Both the position numbers and the translations under genes were made by a program. Positions 9,039-17,866 of a DNA stretch of 64,000 nt are shown here, piece after piece. Under the pieces are notes generated by a model. The model saw only the letters and a list, made by a program, of their open reading frames with translations, ran no database searches and had not been told where the DNA came from. Source of the stretch: Elusimicrobiaceae bacterium. Its GTDB lineage: Bacteria > Elusimicrobiota > Elusimicrobia > Elusimicrobiales > Elusimicrobiaceae. The DNA is taken from NCBI GenBank assembly GCA_045604045.1, contig JAZUNI010000057.1:1277-65276 (forward strand), given 5' to 3'. The stretch's first letter is position 1. Every line of letters starts with the position of its first letter.

Positions 9039-9695
9039 CTAAAATTCGGTAGAAATGGGATAATACTTTGTTGCATCATTTTCACTCGTTAGCGTTTCTG
9101 TATCGCCCGAGTTATAAGTTTGAGCATTCACTTTACCCCACCCAGCCGTTCCAGTAGCACCAGCAGAGGATTTACTATTATCAAATTGAAAACATGGCTT
9201 ATCAGCGTCATAGGCTTCATCAGAACATTGGTATACGTTTAATATTTGTTTTGCGGTTGCATTTGTCGCATAGATTTGGCTGCCGATTTGAAGCGTATTG
9301 GTTACATCTAATTTTGATTCCACACTATCACTATTCCATAAGGCCACAGCAGAGGCGAGTAAATTTTTTACTCTTACAGTAGCATTTTTACCAATATTAA
9401 GGGTAGTAACTAACCACTTAATGTCAGCACTGCCAATTTTAGTACCATCTTCCATGTACAATTTATTAATTTGAACAGGCCCCCCTTGTACGTTAATCGT
9501 ACCCCCTGTGGAAGCTGCCGTTCCTACATTAAGTATACCCTCGGGTTCTGTAACCACGCAGGACTTGGTCTCTACCGTATCAAAAGAAGCCACGGGAGCC
9601 GATAAGGTAGATACAAATTTAAATTCATCTGTCGAAGCGCCCCAGCACAACATGCTACTAACGACTAAACCAGCAATCAAATGGATTGATTTCAT
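9039..9695 (-). CDS. secreted hypothetical protein
   Basis: 218 aa with a signal-peptide-like N-terminus (MKSIHLIAGLVVSSMLCWGAS). AAGGAG lies upstream of the ATG. The body is Thr/Asn/Gly-rich. Confidence 0.6.
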   Translation of the reverse strand: MKSIHLIAGLVVSSMLCWGASTDEFKFVSTLSAPVASFDTVETKSCVVTEPEGILNVGTAASTGGTINVQGGPVQINKLYMEDGTKIGSADIKWLVTTLNIGKNATVRVKNLLASAVALWNSDSVESKLDVTNTLQIGSQIYATNATAKQILNVYQCSDEAYDADKPCFQFDNSKSSAGATGTAGWGKVNAQTYNSGDTETLTSENDATKYYPISTEF

Positions 9696-9726
9696 GTTAA
9701 TCTCCTTGTCATAAATAACCTAATTA

Positions 9727-9755
9727 AGTATAGCTTAAAAAAAAAACAAAAACAA
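9727..9755 (-). promoter_or_regulatory. candidate promoter with a T10 tract in the spacer
   Basis: The minus strand reads TTGTTT (9755-9750), a 17-nt spacer containing T10 (9746-9737), then TATACT (9732-9727). Confidence 0.4.
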
Positions 9756-9809
9756 GAGCAAGCTTAACCTAAAGATAAACAAAAAAAGAAAATATCATAT
9801 AATATGGAT

Positions 9810-11090
9810 ATGGGAACTTGCTTATTGTGGCTTACGAATTTGGCTTTTCCGTTTGCAGCGTTGGGCGTAATGCTGGGTTTTTTGTTCTCCACTAGACGAA
9901 AGCTGCTAACTCACTTGGCCGCTGAAATGCGGGAACGCTTGGGGCTAGAAAAAGAAAATACGCTGCCGCTACAGGCCATTTGGCTACACTGCGCTAGTGT
10001 AGGAGAAGTTAATTCTGTTAAAACCCTCATCACTGATTTAAAGAAAATCTATAAGCGGGATATTTTGATTACTACCTCTACTCAGGCCGGCAAAGAAGCC
10101 GCACTTAAAAACCCCGACGTAACAGCTGCCGTACTTGCTCCGTTAGATTTTTATCCCTCCTGCAAACGTTTTATGCGTATCGCACGGCCCTACCGTTTGT
10201 TTGTGGTAGAGCGCGAAATTTGGCCTAATATGCTTTGGGCTGCGCACCTGGCCGGAGTGCCGTTTGCTCTTGTTAATGCGCGTATTAGTAAAAAATCGGC
10301 CCGAGCTTATGCTTGGGTACGCCCGCTGTTTCAAAAGATTTTTGCTCCTGTAACTTTTGCAGCGGTACAATCCAAGGACGCTGCCAAACGCTACGAACGG
10401 CTTGGAATAGCCCCTGAAAAAATACACCTCTGCGGCAATGTAAAGTATGATACTCTTTCTGACACGCCTGGCAAAGTAGACCAGGTGCGGCAGCTACTTG
10501 GACAACTGGGATGGACGAGCCCTATTTTAGTATTAGGAAGTACTCATTCCCAAGAAGAAACCATGCTCTTTCGCGCTGCGCCAGATTTATTAAAAACGGG
10601 CGCTAAGATTATTTTTGCTCCGCGCCATTTAGAACGTAAAAATGAAATTGAACGTACCTTGCGCCAAAGTGGGCTACACTATGCTTTTATGAGCCAAGAA
10701 AGTTTTGATAAAAATACGGATATTCTGTGTGCTGATACCATGGGAATGCTGCAATCTTTGTATGCCTGCGCGACCCTGACGTTTGTGGGGGGATCGGTAG
10801 CACCGCGCGGGGCACATAATTTGCTGGAGCCTGCTATTTTGGGTAAAACAGTATTGTTTGGAAAATACTTTTATAATACCCCCGATACCGCCCGGGCCTT
10901 ACTAGAACGAGGAGGAGGGGTGTTAGTCAATGAAACAAATTTTAAAGAAACAGTGCTACGCTTGCTGGCTGACCCGGAACAACTGGATAATATGAACCAA
11001 AAAGCACGGCAAACTGCTTTGAGTTTTAAAGGAGCAACCCAAAAAATCAGGGAATTAATTGAAAATTATGAACACAGAAAAACAACCTAA
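9810..11090 (+). CDS. waaA: 3-deoxy-D-manno-octulosonic acid (Kdo) transferase
   Basis: KdtA-like sequence (WLHCASVGEV, VEREIWPNM, FVGGS...GHNLLEP). The ORF opens at 9804, but TATAAT 9798-9803 abuts that ATG. The second ATG at 9810 lies 6 nt after the hexamer. Confidence 0.8.
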   Translation: MGTCLLWLTNLAFPFAALGVMLGFLFSTRRKLLTHLAAEMRERLGLEKENTLPLQAIWLHCASVGEVNSVKTLITDLKKIYKRDILITTSTQAGKEAALKNPDVTAAVLAPLDFYPSCKRFMRIARPYRLFVVEREIWPNMLWAAHLAGVPFALVNARISKKSARAYAWVRPLFQKIFAPVTFAAVQSKDAAKRYERLGIAPEKIHLCGNVKYDTLSDTPGKVDQVRQLLGQLGWTSPILVLGSTHSQEETMLFRAAPDLLKTGAKIIFAPRHLERKNEIERTLRQSGLHYAFMSQESFDKNTDILCADTMGMLQSLYACATLTFVGGSVAPRGAHNLLEPAILGKTVLFGKYFYNTPDTARALLERGGGVLVNETNFKETVLRLLADPEQLDNMNQKARQTALSFKGATQKIRELIENYEHRKTT

Positions 11091-12591
11091 TATTTTAGTG
11101 GTACGGCTTTCTTCGTTGGGGGATATTGTGTTGTCTTCTCCCGTTTATAAAAATATCAAGGCCGCCTGGCCGAATGCACGCATTACGCTGATGGTAAAGC
11201 CGGCGTTTTCCCAGGCGCTCGCCGGGCACCCGGATATTGATGAAATTTTAGTAGCAAAACCTACTTTGTGGGGATGTGTTCGCCAAGTGCGGGAAGGGCA
11301 TTTTACCCATTATTTGGACTTGCACGCTACATTTAAAAGTATTTTAATTGGCTGGCTTTCCCATATTCCCAACCGGGCCCGCTATGATAAAAACACCCTG
11401 GCCCGGCGTATGTTTGTAAAATTTCATAAGAGCTCCCCGGTTCTTGAAAAGCATACATTGGACAAATATTTAGAAGCCTTAAAACAGTGGAATATTCCCG
11501 TTAAATATAAGGAACCTAAACTGGGGGACTGGGCTTACCGTCACACGGAAACGGCGGGCAGAAAAATCCGCAAAATCGGTATTTTTCAAACATCGTTTAT
11601 CGGGGATAGCGTACTGACGACTCCTTTAATTCAAAAGACCAAAAAGCTGTTCCCGGATACGCAAATTGTGGTAATTACCCGCCCGCAAACGGAAGATATT
11701 TTTAAACCGCTTCCCGAAGTGAGTGAGGTAATTTTAAACGACAAACGCGGCTGGAATAAAATTGCCGGCGTGTGGAAAACAGCCCGCGCGATAAAAAAAT
11801 CCGGCATGGATATTTTACTTGTGCCACACCGCAGCTTTAGAAGTGCGCTTATTGCGTGGCTTTCCCGCGTGCCGATACGGATTGGATTTACGTCTAGCGA
11901 AGGGTGGTTTTTGTATACCAAAACCGTACCATTTAACTGGATGATTCACGACGCAGAGCGCAACTTGTCCTTGCTGCAAGGAATTGCCAAAGAAAAATTC
12001 GGCGGGGAAAAATTAACCATGTCTTTCACGCCCTCTGCCGAAGAAAATGTGGCGCGGCTGCTTAAAGACTTTAATTTAGAAGGCAAAAAATTGGTAGGCA
12101 TTCACGCCGGTTCAGCTTGGCCCACCAAATGTTGGCCGCAGGAATATTTTGTGGAACTAATTAGCAAATTGCAAACCGAATTAGGGGTGCAGGTGGTCCT
12201 TGTAGGTGGGGGGAAAAAGGATGCGGATCTAGGTGAAAAAATCTGCCAACTCTCCCAAGGCCATGCCGCTAGTTTGTGCGGAAAAACCAGCCTGGCTGAT
12301 TTGATGGCACTCATGAAACATTTAAGTTTATTTATTACCAATGACTCAGGCCCCATGCATATTGCTACAGCATTTGACGTGCCGACGTTGGCTATCTTTG
12401 GGCCGACCACACGTGAGCTGGGGTTCTTCCCGTATGGGGAAGGACACCGTGTGCTAGAAGTAAAAGACTTGCCTTGCCGGCCCTGCGCTCTGCACGGCGG
12501 AAAAAAATGCCCGCTGGGTCACTTTAAATGTATGCGGGATATTTTGCCTGAGGAAGTATTTAAAAACGCTAAAGAAATGCTGAAGATGTAG
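11059..12591 (+). CDS. glycosyltransferase family 9 (heptosyltransferase-like) with a duplicated N-terminal half-domain
   Basis: There are two GT9 N-domain starts (ILVVRLSSLGDIVLSSP and IGIFQTSFIGDSVLTTP) and one C-domain (GSAWPTKCWP, TNDSGPMHIA). The exact start is uncertain (11059 or 11068). Confidence 0.7.
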   Translation: MKIMNTEKQPNILVVRLSSLGDIVLSSPVYKNIKAAWPNARITLMVKPAFSQALAGHPDIDEILVAKPTLWGCVRQVREGHFTHYLDLHATFKSILIGWLSHIPNRARYDKNTLARRMFVKFHKSSPVLEKHTLDKYLEALKQWNIPVKYKEPKLGDWAYRHTETAGRKIRKIGIFQTSFIGDSVLTTPLIQKTKKLFPDTQIVVITRPQTEDIFKPLPEVSEVILNDKRGWNKIAGVWKTARAIKKSGMDILLVPHRSFRSALIAWLSRVPIRIGFTSSEGWFLYTKTVPFNWMIHDAERNLSLLQGIAKEKFGGEKLTMSFTPSAEENVARLLKDFNLEGKKLVGIHAGSAWPTKCWPQEYFVELISKLQTELGVQVVLVGGGKKDADLGEKICQLSQGHAASLCGKTSLADLMALMKHLSLFITNDSGPMHIATAFDVPTLAIFGPTTRELGFFPYGEGHRVLEVKDLPCRPCALHGGKKCPLGHFKCMRDILPEEVFKNAKEMLKM

Positions 12592-12622
12592 TGAAGCTTG
12601 TAAAGGAAAGCAAGTTGTAATT

Positions 12623-12647
12623 GAACCCTCAGTTAAACTGAGGGCTC
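12623..12647. terminator. bidirectional terminator hairpin
   Basis: GAACCCTCAG-ttaaa-CTGAGGGCTC, between convergent genes. Confidence 0.6.
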
Positions 12648-12681
12648 AATATATATCAACGTATTCTTATCTGTTTTCTTG

Positions 12682-13606
12682 CTAAAAATCATCATAATCT
12701 CTTACGCGATAAATGTATTTGGAGTCAATTTGATTACAGTAGGACTGGCCTATACTGTCCTTATACCAACAGGTAAACTTGGGCGTCGTAGAAGAAGTAG
12801 CATCAAACGCACCGTGGAGCCATAGATGGTCTGAATGTATGGACAATGTAGCATTCCCATTAGACGACAGGTTCATAATTCCCCCATCATACTCTTCACT
12901 TATATATGAACTATCTAGTTCTTCAGTATGCGTCAAAGTAGAGGGGAGTCCATTTTCTTGAATATATGTTTGTATTTTGGCTAGCATCTTCTCAATTACA
13001 TACGTCGCTTCCTCTACCGGGTTTGTGAAAAGAGAAGTTTCAGTCTGTGTTCCAGTCGCGTTTTCATCCGTGCTAGACTCTCCACTTTCATCCGTTTCCG
13101 TCTGACTGTTTTGAGTTGTTTTTACTCCGGTTCCATCTAGCACATACAACGTGTATCCACTGCTTAGCGTATTATCCTCTATTTTTGTTCCGTGATACGC
13201 CATGGCACAGATCCACGCGGCACGCGCATTTTCATTTTCGGCTTCGCAGTGTATTTCCCCGGGATAATTCTTGCTATGCTTTTGTATAGATAATATAATT
13301 GTTTTTGATGTCCGGACGAGTCGCAATCGTATATGCATAATCGTCCGTTGTGTCGCCTACTATATTTACACTCATCGCGCCGTTTTCATTGGTTACCTTA
13401 ACGTCTAAGTTCTCTATACCTTCGGCATACTTGGCATTGGCCAGGTAATACAAATCATTTCCATCCGCTATAGCCTTAGCTGTCGGCATTAATCCTGCAT
13501 AACGACTTTTAAGTACCGCCTTTTGATACTGTGACAAGGCTACCGCGGCTAAAATGCCGATAATTAGCACGACAACCAGTAGTTCAATAAGGATAAAACC
13601 TTTCAT
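12682..13606 (-). pseudogene. type IV pilin-like gene PL2, split by a 1-nt frameshift
   Basis: MKG|[32 protein letters not shown] runs to TAG at 13274. The remainder continues in the +1 frame (12682-13338). Removing one A from ACAAAAGC (T4 at 13280-13283 on the plus strand) gives ...YIIYTKHSKNYPGEIHCEA, which is colinear with PL4 ...YVVYQSLSKNFPNTTWCEA. Confidence 0.6.
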
Positions 13607-13616
13607 AGAACGACTA

Positions 13617-13641
13617 GATCCTGAATCAAGTTCAGGATGAC
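13617..13641. repeat. hairpin-A repeat unit
   Basis: The minus strand reads GTCATCCTGAA-CTTGA-TTCAGGATC, followed by the conserved TAGTCGTTCTAT (13616-13605) and ATG 13606. Confidence 0.8.
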
Positions 13642-13756
13642 GACAGCGGGTAAGCACCCCCGGCATCTACCCTGGCAGGGCCTCTTCCCTCTAGAGGGGG
13701 AAGGAGCTTTTTGTGAACATTTTCTCGCCTATATGCACGTAACAACGTGTGTGGAA

Positions 13757-13781
13757 GATCCTGAATTAAGTTCAGGGTGAC
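13757..13781. repeat. hairpin-A repeat unit (variant)
   Basis: The minus strand reads GTCACCCTGAA-CTTAA-TTCAGGATC. This is a second copy, 140 nt upstream of the first in the PL2 leader. Confidence 0.7.
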
Positions 13782-14117
13782 TAGATTACTTTTATTCTCT
13801 TTTTTCATAATTTTTTCCTTCTTACTTATTCGGCCCAAGGTGCGTAAATTTAGCCAATAAAAACGGCTATCGCTACCTGGGCACAGTGAAATCCCCAAAA
13901 TATGACAGCCGCTGTTTGCCATCTTACAATGGCAAACATTCGGCGCAAAAGAACGGGTTTCGAAGGTCCTTCCCTTTGCGCCTGAGTATCGGCTGTTCTT
14001 GGCTTCAGAGAGGCCGTTTGACAACGGCGACCCGTATGCAAACCATACGGTTCCAAAAACAGATCAAATTGTAATTACAGTGTTAGTTACCTCCTGTAAT
14101 GAGCTGCTTGTATTATA

Positions 14118-14579
14118 CTAAAAATCCGCGTCCGGCATTTCGTCAATTGCTTCCAAGGTATCTTGAAATAATTGGCGGATTTCTGCCCATTTGACAAGCG
14201 GCAGTAAAATCCCCGTACGGGCAAAGCCTTTGTCCTGCTCCCATTGGCGTAGTTCTAAGCCGCGTTGGGTGCCAATTTCTACAATCGTAGCTACAATGCA
14301 AATACCCGGCCGTTTGGCAAATTTACCTACCGAGCCTAATTTTACTTCGGCCGCGTTTGCGGGCAACGCCAACAGCCTGGGTACAAACGCGCGGACAATT
14401 TCGGGGGTTAACGTAACCCCGTCTTTAGTAGGACCGCTAAAATTATTTTCTAGCACGTAACGCCGTACAGACACATAGCGGTATCCACGATACACGTCAA
14501 CAGAGAAGTGTATTTCTTCTCCTTCCCGTAGTGGTAAGATGCCAATTTCTCTTAATTGTAAAAAACTACTTTCAAACAT
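14118..14579 (-). CDS. hypothetical protein with two PC4/p15-like ssDNA-binding repeats
   Basis: 153 aa. YRYVSVRRYV...GPTKDGVTLTPE and LELRQWEQDKGFARTGILLPLVKWAEI resemble the PC4 core (RYVSVRDF...[12 protein letters not shown]). Recall only. Confidence 0.45.
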   Translation of the reverse strand: MFESSFLQLREIGILPLREGEEIHFSVDVYRGYRYVSVRRYVLENNFSGPTKDGVTLTPEIVRAFVPRLLALPANAAEVKLGSVGKFAKRPGICIVATIVEIGTQRGLELRQWEQDKGFARTGILLPLVKWAEIRQLFQDTLEAIDEMPDADF

Positions 14580-14686
14580 GCTAAACCCCTTCTTGTAAAT
14601 TACACTACCGTAATTCGCTAAAATATGATAACATACATTTAGTTATATTCTAATGTTTAAATGAGCTAAAATCAAGGTATGGGTTT

Positions 14687-16999
14687 ATGGCAGAAGAACA
14701 ACAAAATTCCTTAGTAGGACAGGAAATTTCGGGCTGTACGATTTTACAAAAAGTGGCCGTCGGCGGGATGGGGGCTATTTACAAAGCACGTCACAAGGCA
14801 CTAGACCGGATTGTGTGCGTAAAAATTTTGAGTCCTTCTTTGACCAATGACAAAAAAGCCGTAGAATTATTTTTAACCGAAGCGCGCGCAATTGCCGAAC
14901 TAGAACACCCCAATATTGTACAAGTATATAACGTAGGCAAAGAAAAAGGCTATTACTTTATTGTGATGGCATTTATTGAAGGGCAAACGCTTTCCCAACT
15001 TGTTAAAAGTAAAAAAAATATTCCCCTAGATACAATTTTGGACTTATTTGAAGGAGTGCTGTTGGGCTTAGATGCGGCTCACGCCAAGGGAATTATTCAC
15101 CGGGATATTAAACCTTCCAACATTTTGATTAACCCACAAATGCAAGCAAAAATCGTGGATTTTGGGATCGCAAAAAAAATGGATAAGGATAAAGGATCTA
15201 CCAAAACAACCGAACTTGCTGGAACAGCCTATTTCATTGCTCCTGAGCAAGCATTGGGACGTGACTTGGACACCCGCGCCGATTTATATTCCGTAGGAGC
15301 CAGCCTATATTATGTACTAACCGGGCAGTTCCCTTACAACGGAAAAAACACCATCGATATCATTCAAAAACACATTAACGAACCGGTACCTAATGCAGGG
15401 GCACTGCGCCCCGATTTACCAGCATGGCTTTCGGGTGCGATTGCCAAACTAATGAGTAAAAAACCGGAAGAACGCTTTCAAACAGCAAAAGAAACGTATG
15501 TGTATTTCCAAAAAATGCGGGCAGTGGATTTACTCAATGTAAAAACAGGAGCCACGATTAATTTGGGGAAAAATAGCGCCTTAAAGCTTGTAAAAGAAGA
15601 AAAATTTACAACCGGAGACATCCAGCGTGCCCGTCAGGTGGAAAAAGAAATTAAACAAACGGCTCCGACAAAACCCTCTTTGCTGCCGTCCATAGATGCG
15701 GCCAAAGTATTACCAAATGCTACTTCTACGCAGGAACAGCATCCACAAGGGAGTACCCCTCAAACTAAGCCATTGCAGGAGGATGAGGCGAAAACGGTTG
15801 ATATTTTTAACAATCCGGCACCTACTTTTGCCCAACGACAAGCACGCGAAAAAACCCGCCAATTGGGTAAATTATTGCTAGAAACATTTGTTAAACTGCC
15901 GGTTTTTATTATATTTACCGTAGTTGTTGCCTATGTATGTCACTTTTTGGGTGTGATTTGTGCAGTACACACAAGCCCCACTCATTCTCTGCTTACTAAC
16001 TTAGTTAGTCCGTTTGTAGCAAACCAATATGCACCGAATCAACTGCTTTTTACGCTGGTTGTGGGGGTGCTACTAGTCTTGATTTTTGCTTCGACTTCTA
16101 TAAAAGAATATGCCCGATCTTCATTATCTTTGTTCTTTTTGGCTTTTGTATCCTATATAGCAGGGCTGTTGGCACCTAGCCAGGGATTTTTGGATATACA
16201 CTATATAGCGCAATATTTATTTTCACCACAGTATTACCTGTGCTACTTCGTGTTGGCATTGTTGTGGGCGATTTCTTTCTGCTTTACCTACAATCGCACC
16301 GTGATGCAAGGCATACTGGGAAGCGCGCTAGTTGTATTAGCCATTACACTAGCCTACTTATCCTCCCATCTCTCCATTGCTCCGGCAGCTTATGTACCTT
16401 GGTTTAGAATCATATTCTTGGGATCTCTTTTTAGTGGAGTAGTGGGAATCTTCTATTTGTTAAACCGCCAAGAACGCACCGCGGTGATACTGCCTTTGCT
16501 ACTTGTACTGCTGAGTTGCGGGCTCATGTGGACATACACCGTCTCCGGCGCAGCGGAAACCACCCGACACACGCTAAATGCGTTGACACACTTTATTCAT
16601 CCGCAGTCCCTTACTGGGAAGCAAAATAACAGTGAAATAGAGAAAGAGTTAGGGATTGATTCTAAACGGGAAGTATTTGCTAAGTTAGACAACACCACTG
16701 ATATATCGGAGATGGATGAAGAAGAGTCTTACAACTTTTTTGCAAAAGAACTGCAACAAATTGCCCCTAATGAATTTACGGAGGAAAATTCGCCTCTGTT
16801 TATTCAGTTGCTCACCGCCTATTATAACGGAGGGGACAGTAAGATGACGGCTTCTTTGTGGAAGTATGTATTGACGTTGCCCATAGAAAATTTTAATAAA
16901 GATGCCCAAGAAAACGGCGCTTACGCATTCTTGATGCTGGCACTTATGTTACTGAGTATTTGTTTTTGCTTAGGTTCACTCTTTTTAAGTGAGGAATAA
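14687..16999 (+). CDS. Hanks-type Ser/Thr protein kinase fused to a large polytopic membrane domain
   Basis: Kinase motifs present: GGMGAIYKA, VCVKIL, HRDIKPSNIL, DFGIA, APEQ. The C-terminal ~370 aa has many hydrophobic helices. Confidence 0.9.
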   Translation: MAEEQQNSLVGQEISGCTILQKVAVGGMGAIYKARHKALDRIVCVKILSPSLTNDKKAVELFLTEARAIAELEHPNIVQVYNVGKEKGYYFIVMAFIEGQTLSQLVKSKKNIPLDTILDLFEGVLLGLDAAHAKGIIHRDIKPSNILINPQMQAKIVDFGIAKKMDKDKGSTKTTELAGTAYFIAPEQALGRDLDTRADLYSVGASLYYVLTGQFPYNGKNTIDIIQKHINEPVPNAGALRPDLPAWLSGAIAKLMSKKPEERFQTAKETYVYFQKMRAVDLLNVKTGATINLGKNSALKLVKEEKFTTGDIQRARQVEKEIKQTAPTKPSLLPSIDAAKVLPNATSTQEQHPQGSTPQTKPLQEDEAKTVDIFNNPAPTFAQRQAREKTRQLGKLLLETFVKLPVFIIFTVVVAYVCHFLGVICAVHTSPTHSLLTNLVSPFVANQYAPNQLLFTLVVGVLLVLIFASTSIKEYARSSLSLFFLAFVSYIAGLLAPSQGFLDIHYIAQYLFSPQYYLCYFVLALLWAISFCFTYNRTVMQGILGSALVVLAITLAYLSSHLSIAPAAYVPWFRIIFLGSLFSGVVGIFYLLNRQERTAVILPLLLVLLSCGLMWTYTVSGAAETTRHTLNALTHFIHPQSLTGKQNNSEIEKELGIDSKREVFAKLDNTTDISEMDEEESYNFFAKELQQIAPNEFTEENSPLFIQLLTAYYNGGDSKMTASLWKYVLTLPIENFNKDAQENGAYAFLMLALMLLSICFCLGSLFLSEE

Positions 17000-17001
17000 C
17001 C

Positions 17002-17817
17002 ATGGCCTACGATATTGAGTTTTCTGCCGTAACGGATATTGGAAAAATTCGTGAAAAAAACGAAGATAGCGTACTAATCTCTTCCGACTTAAGCCTTGGT
17101 ATTGTGGCTGATGGGATGGGGGGACATAGCGCCGGTGAAATTGCCAGCAGTATTGCCGTGTCTGTGCTGGCAGAAACTGTACGCAAAATTAACGATGGAA
17201 AATTGCAAATTCCGGCTACTTTTTTACCTAAGTTGTCTCCTACGGAGCGTAAACTGTTACTAGCTGCTAATTTAGCTAACGCCGCCATTTATTCTACGGC
17301 GCAATCCGCCACAAATTATCACATGATGGGGACTACCTTGACAGGTGTGTTACTGGAAAATGATTTGGCTACCGCAGTACATGTGGGGGATTCACGCCTT
17401 TATTTATTGCGTAATAACAAAATTATTCAAATTACAACCGACCATTCCCTGGCTATGGAGCATATCCGCAGGGGACTGCTGACTAAAGCGGAAGCGGATC
17501 ATTCAAAAATTCAAAACATTTTAACCCGTGCCATGGGTATTAAAAAGAATATTGAATTTGATTTACTTAAGTTCCCAGTACATGTAGGTGATATGATATT
17601 GCTCTGTTCTGACGGACTATATAAAGGCCTCAATGAACAGCAAATTGCCGATTTATCACGTGCTGGTAAACATATGCCGCTAGTAAAGCTGTGCAAACAC
17701 TTGGTTCACAAATCCAACGAAGGGGATGGACAGGATAACATTTCCTGCGTGCTGATCAAGATTCTTCCTCCACAAAAAGTAAATTGGTTACAAAAACTAA
17801 AGCAACTGTTCAAATAA
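17002..17817 (+). CDS. PP2C-family Ser/Thr phosphatase
   Basis: Motifs NEDS, ADGMGGHSAGEIAS, LCSDGL and DNISCVL. It starts 2 nt after the kinase stop. Confidence 0.9.
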   Translation: MAYDIEFSAVTDIGKIREKNEDSVLISSDLSLGIVADGMGGHSAGEIASSIAVSVLAETVRKINDGKLQIPATFLPKLSPTERKLLLAANLANAAIYSTAQSATNYHMMGTTLTGVLLENDLATAVHVGDSRLYLLRNNKIIQITTDHSLAMEHIRRGLLTKAEADHSKIQNILTRAMGIKKNIEFDLLKFPVHVGDMILLCSDGLYKGLNEQQIADLSRAGKHMPLVKLCKHLVHKSNEGDGQDNISCVLIKILPPQKVNWLQKLKQLFK

Positions 17818-17866
17818 TCTCCCCTTCTAGGTTTTAAGACCTATATAAAAGTAGGTCCAAAGGCCC

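Noticed and set aside
13632-14074. ORFs 13632-14024(-), 13850-14056(-) and 13886-14074(+) as protein-coding genes.
   Set aside because: Their translations are Arg/Cys/Gly-rich and are generated by stacked hairpin repeats. Only the last 58 codons (from ATG 13808) have a start context, and I treat those as a possible leader uORF.
13820-14105. SRP RNA, RNase P RNA, 6S RNA, tmRNA or a known riboswitch in the hairpin-dense region.
   Set aside because: None of the conserved cores I know are present (the SRP GGAAGG/AGCAG motif, RNase P GAGGAAAGTCC, the B12 box, or the TPP, FMN, glycine or c-di-GMP cores). I keep it only as an unclassified structured candidate.
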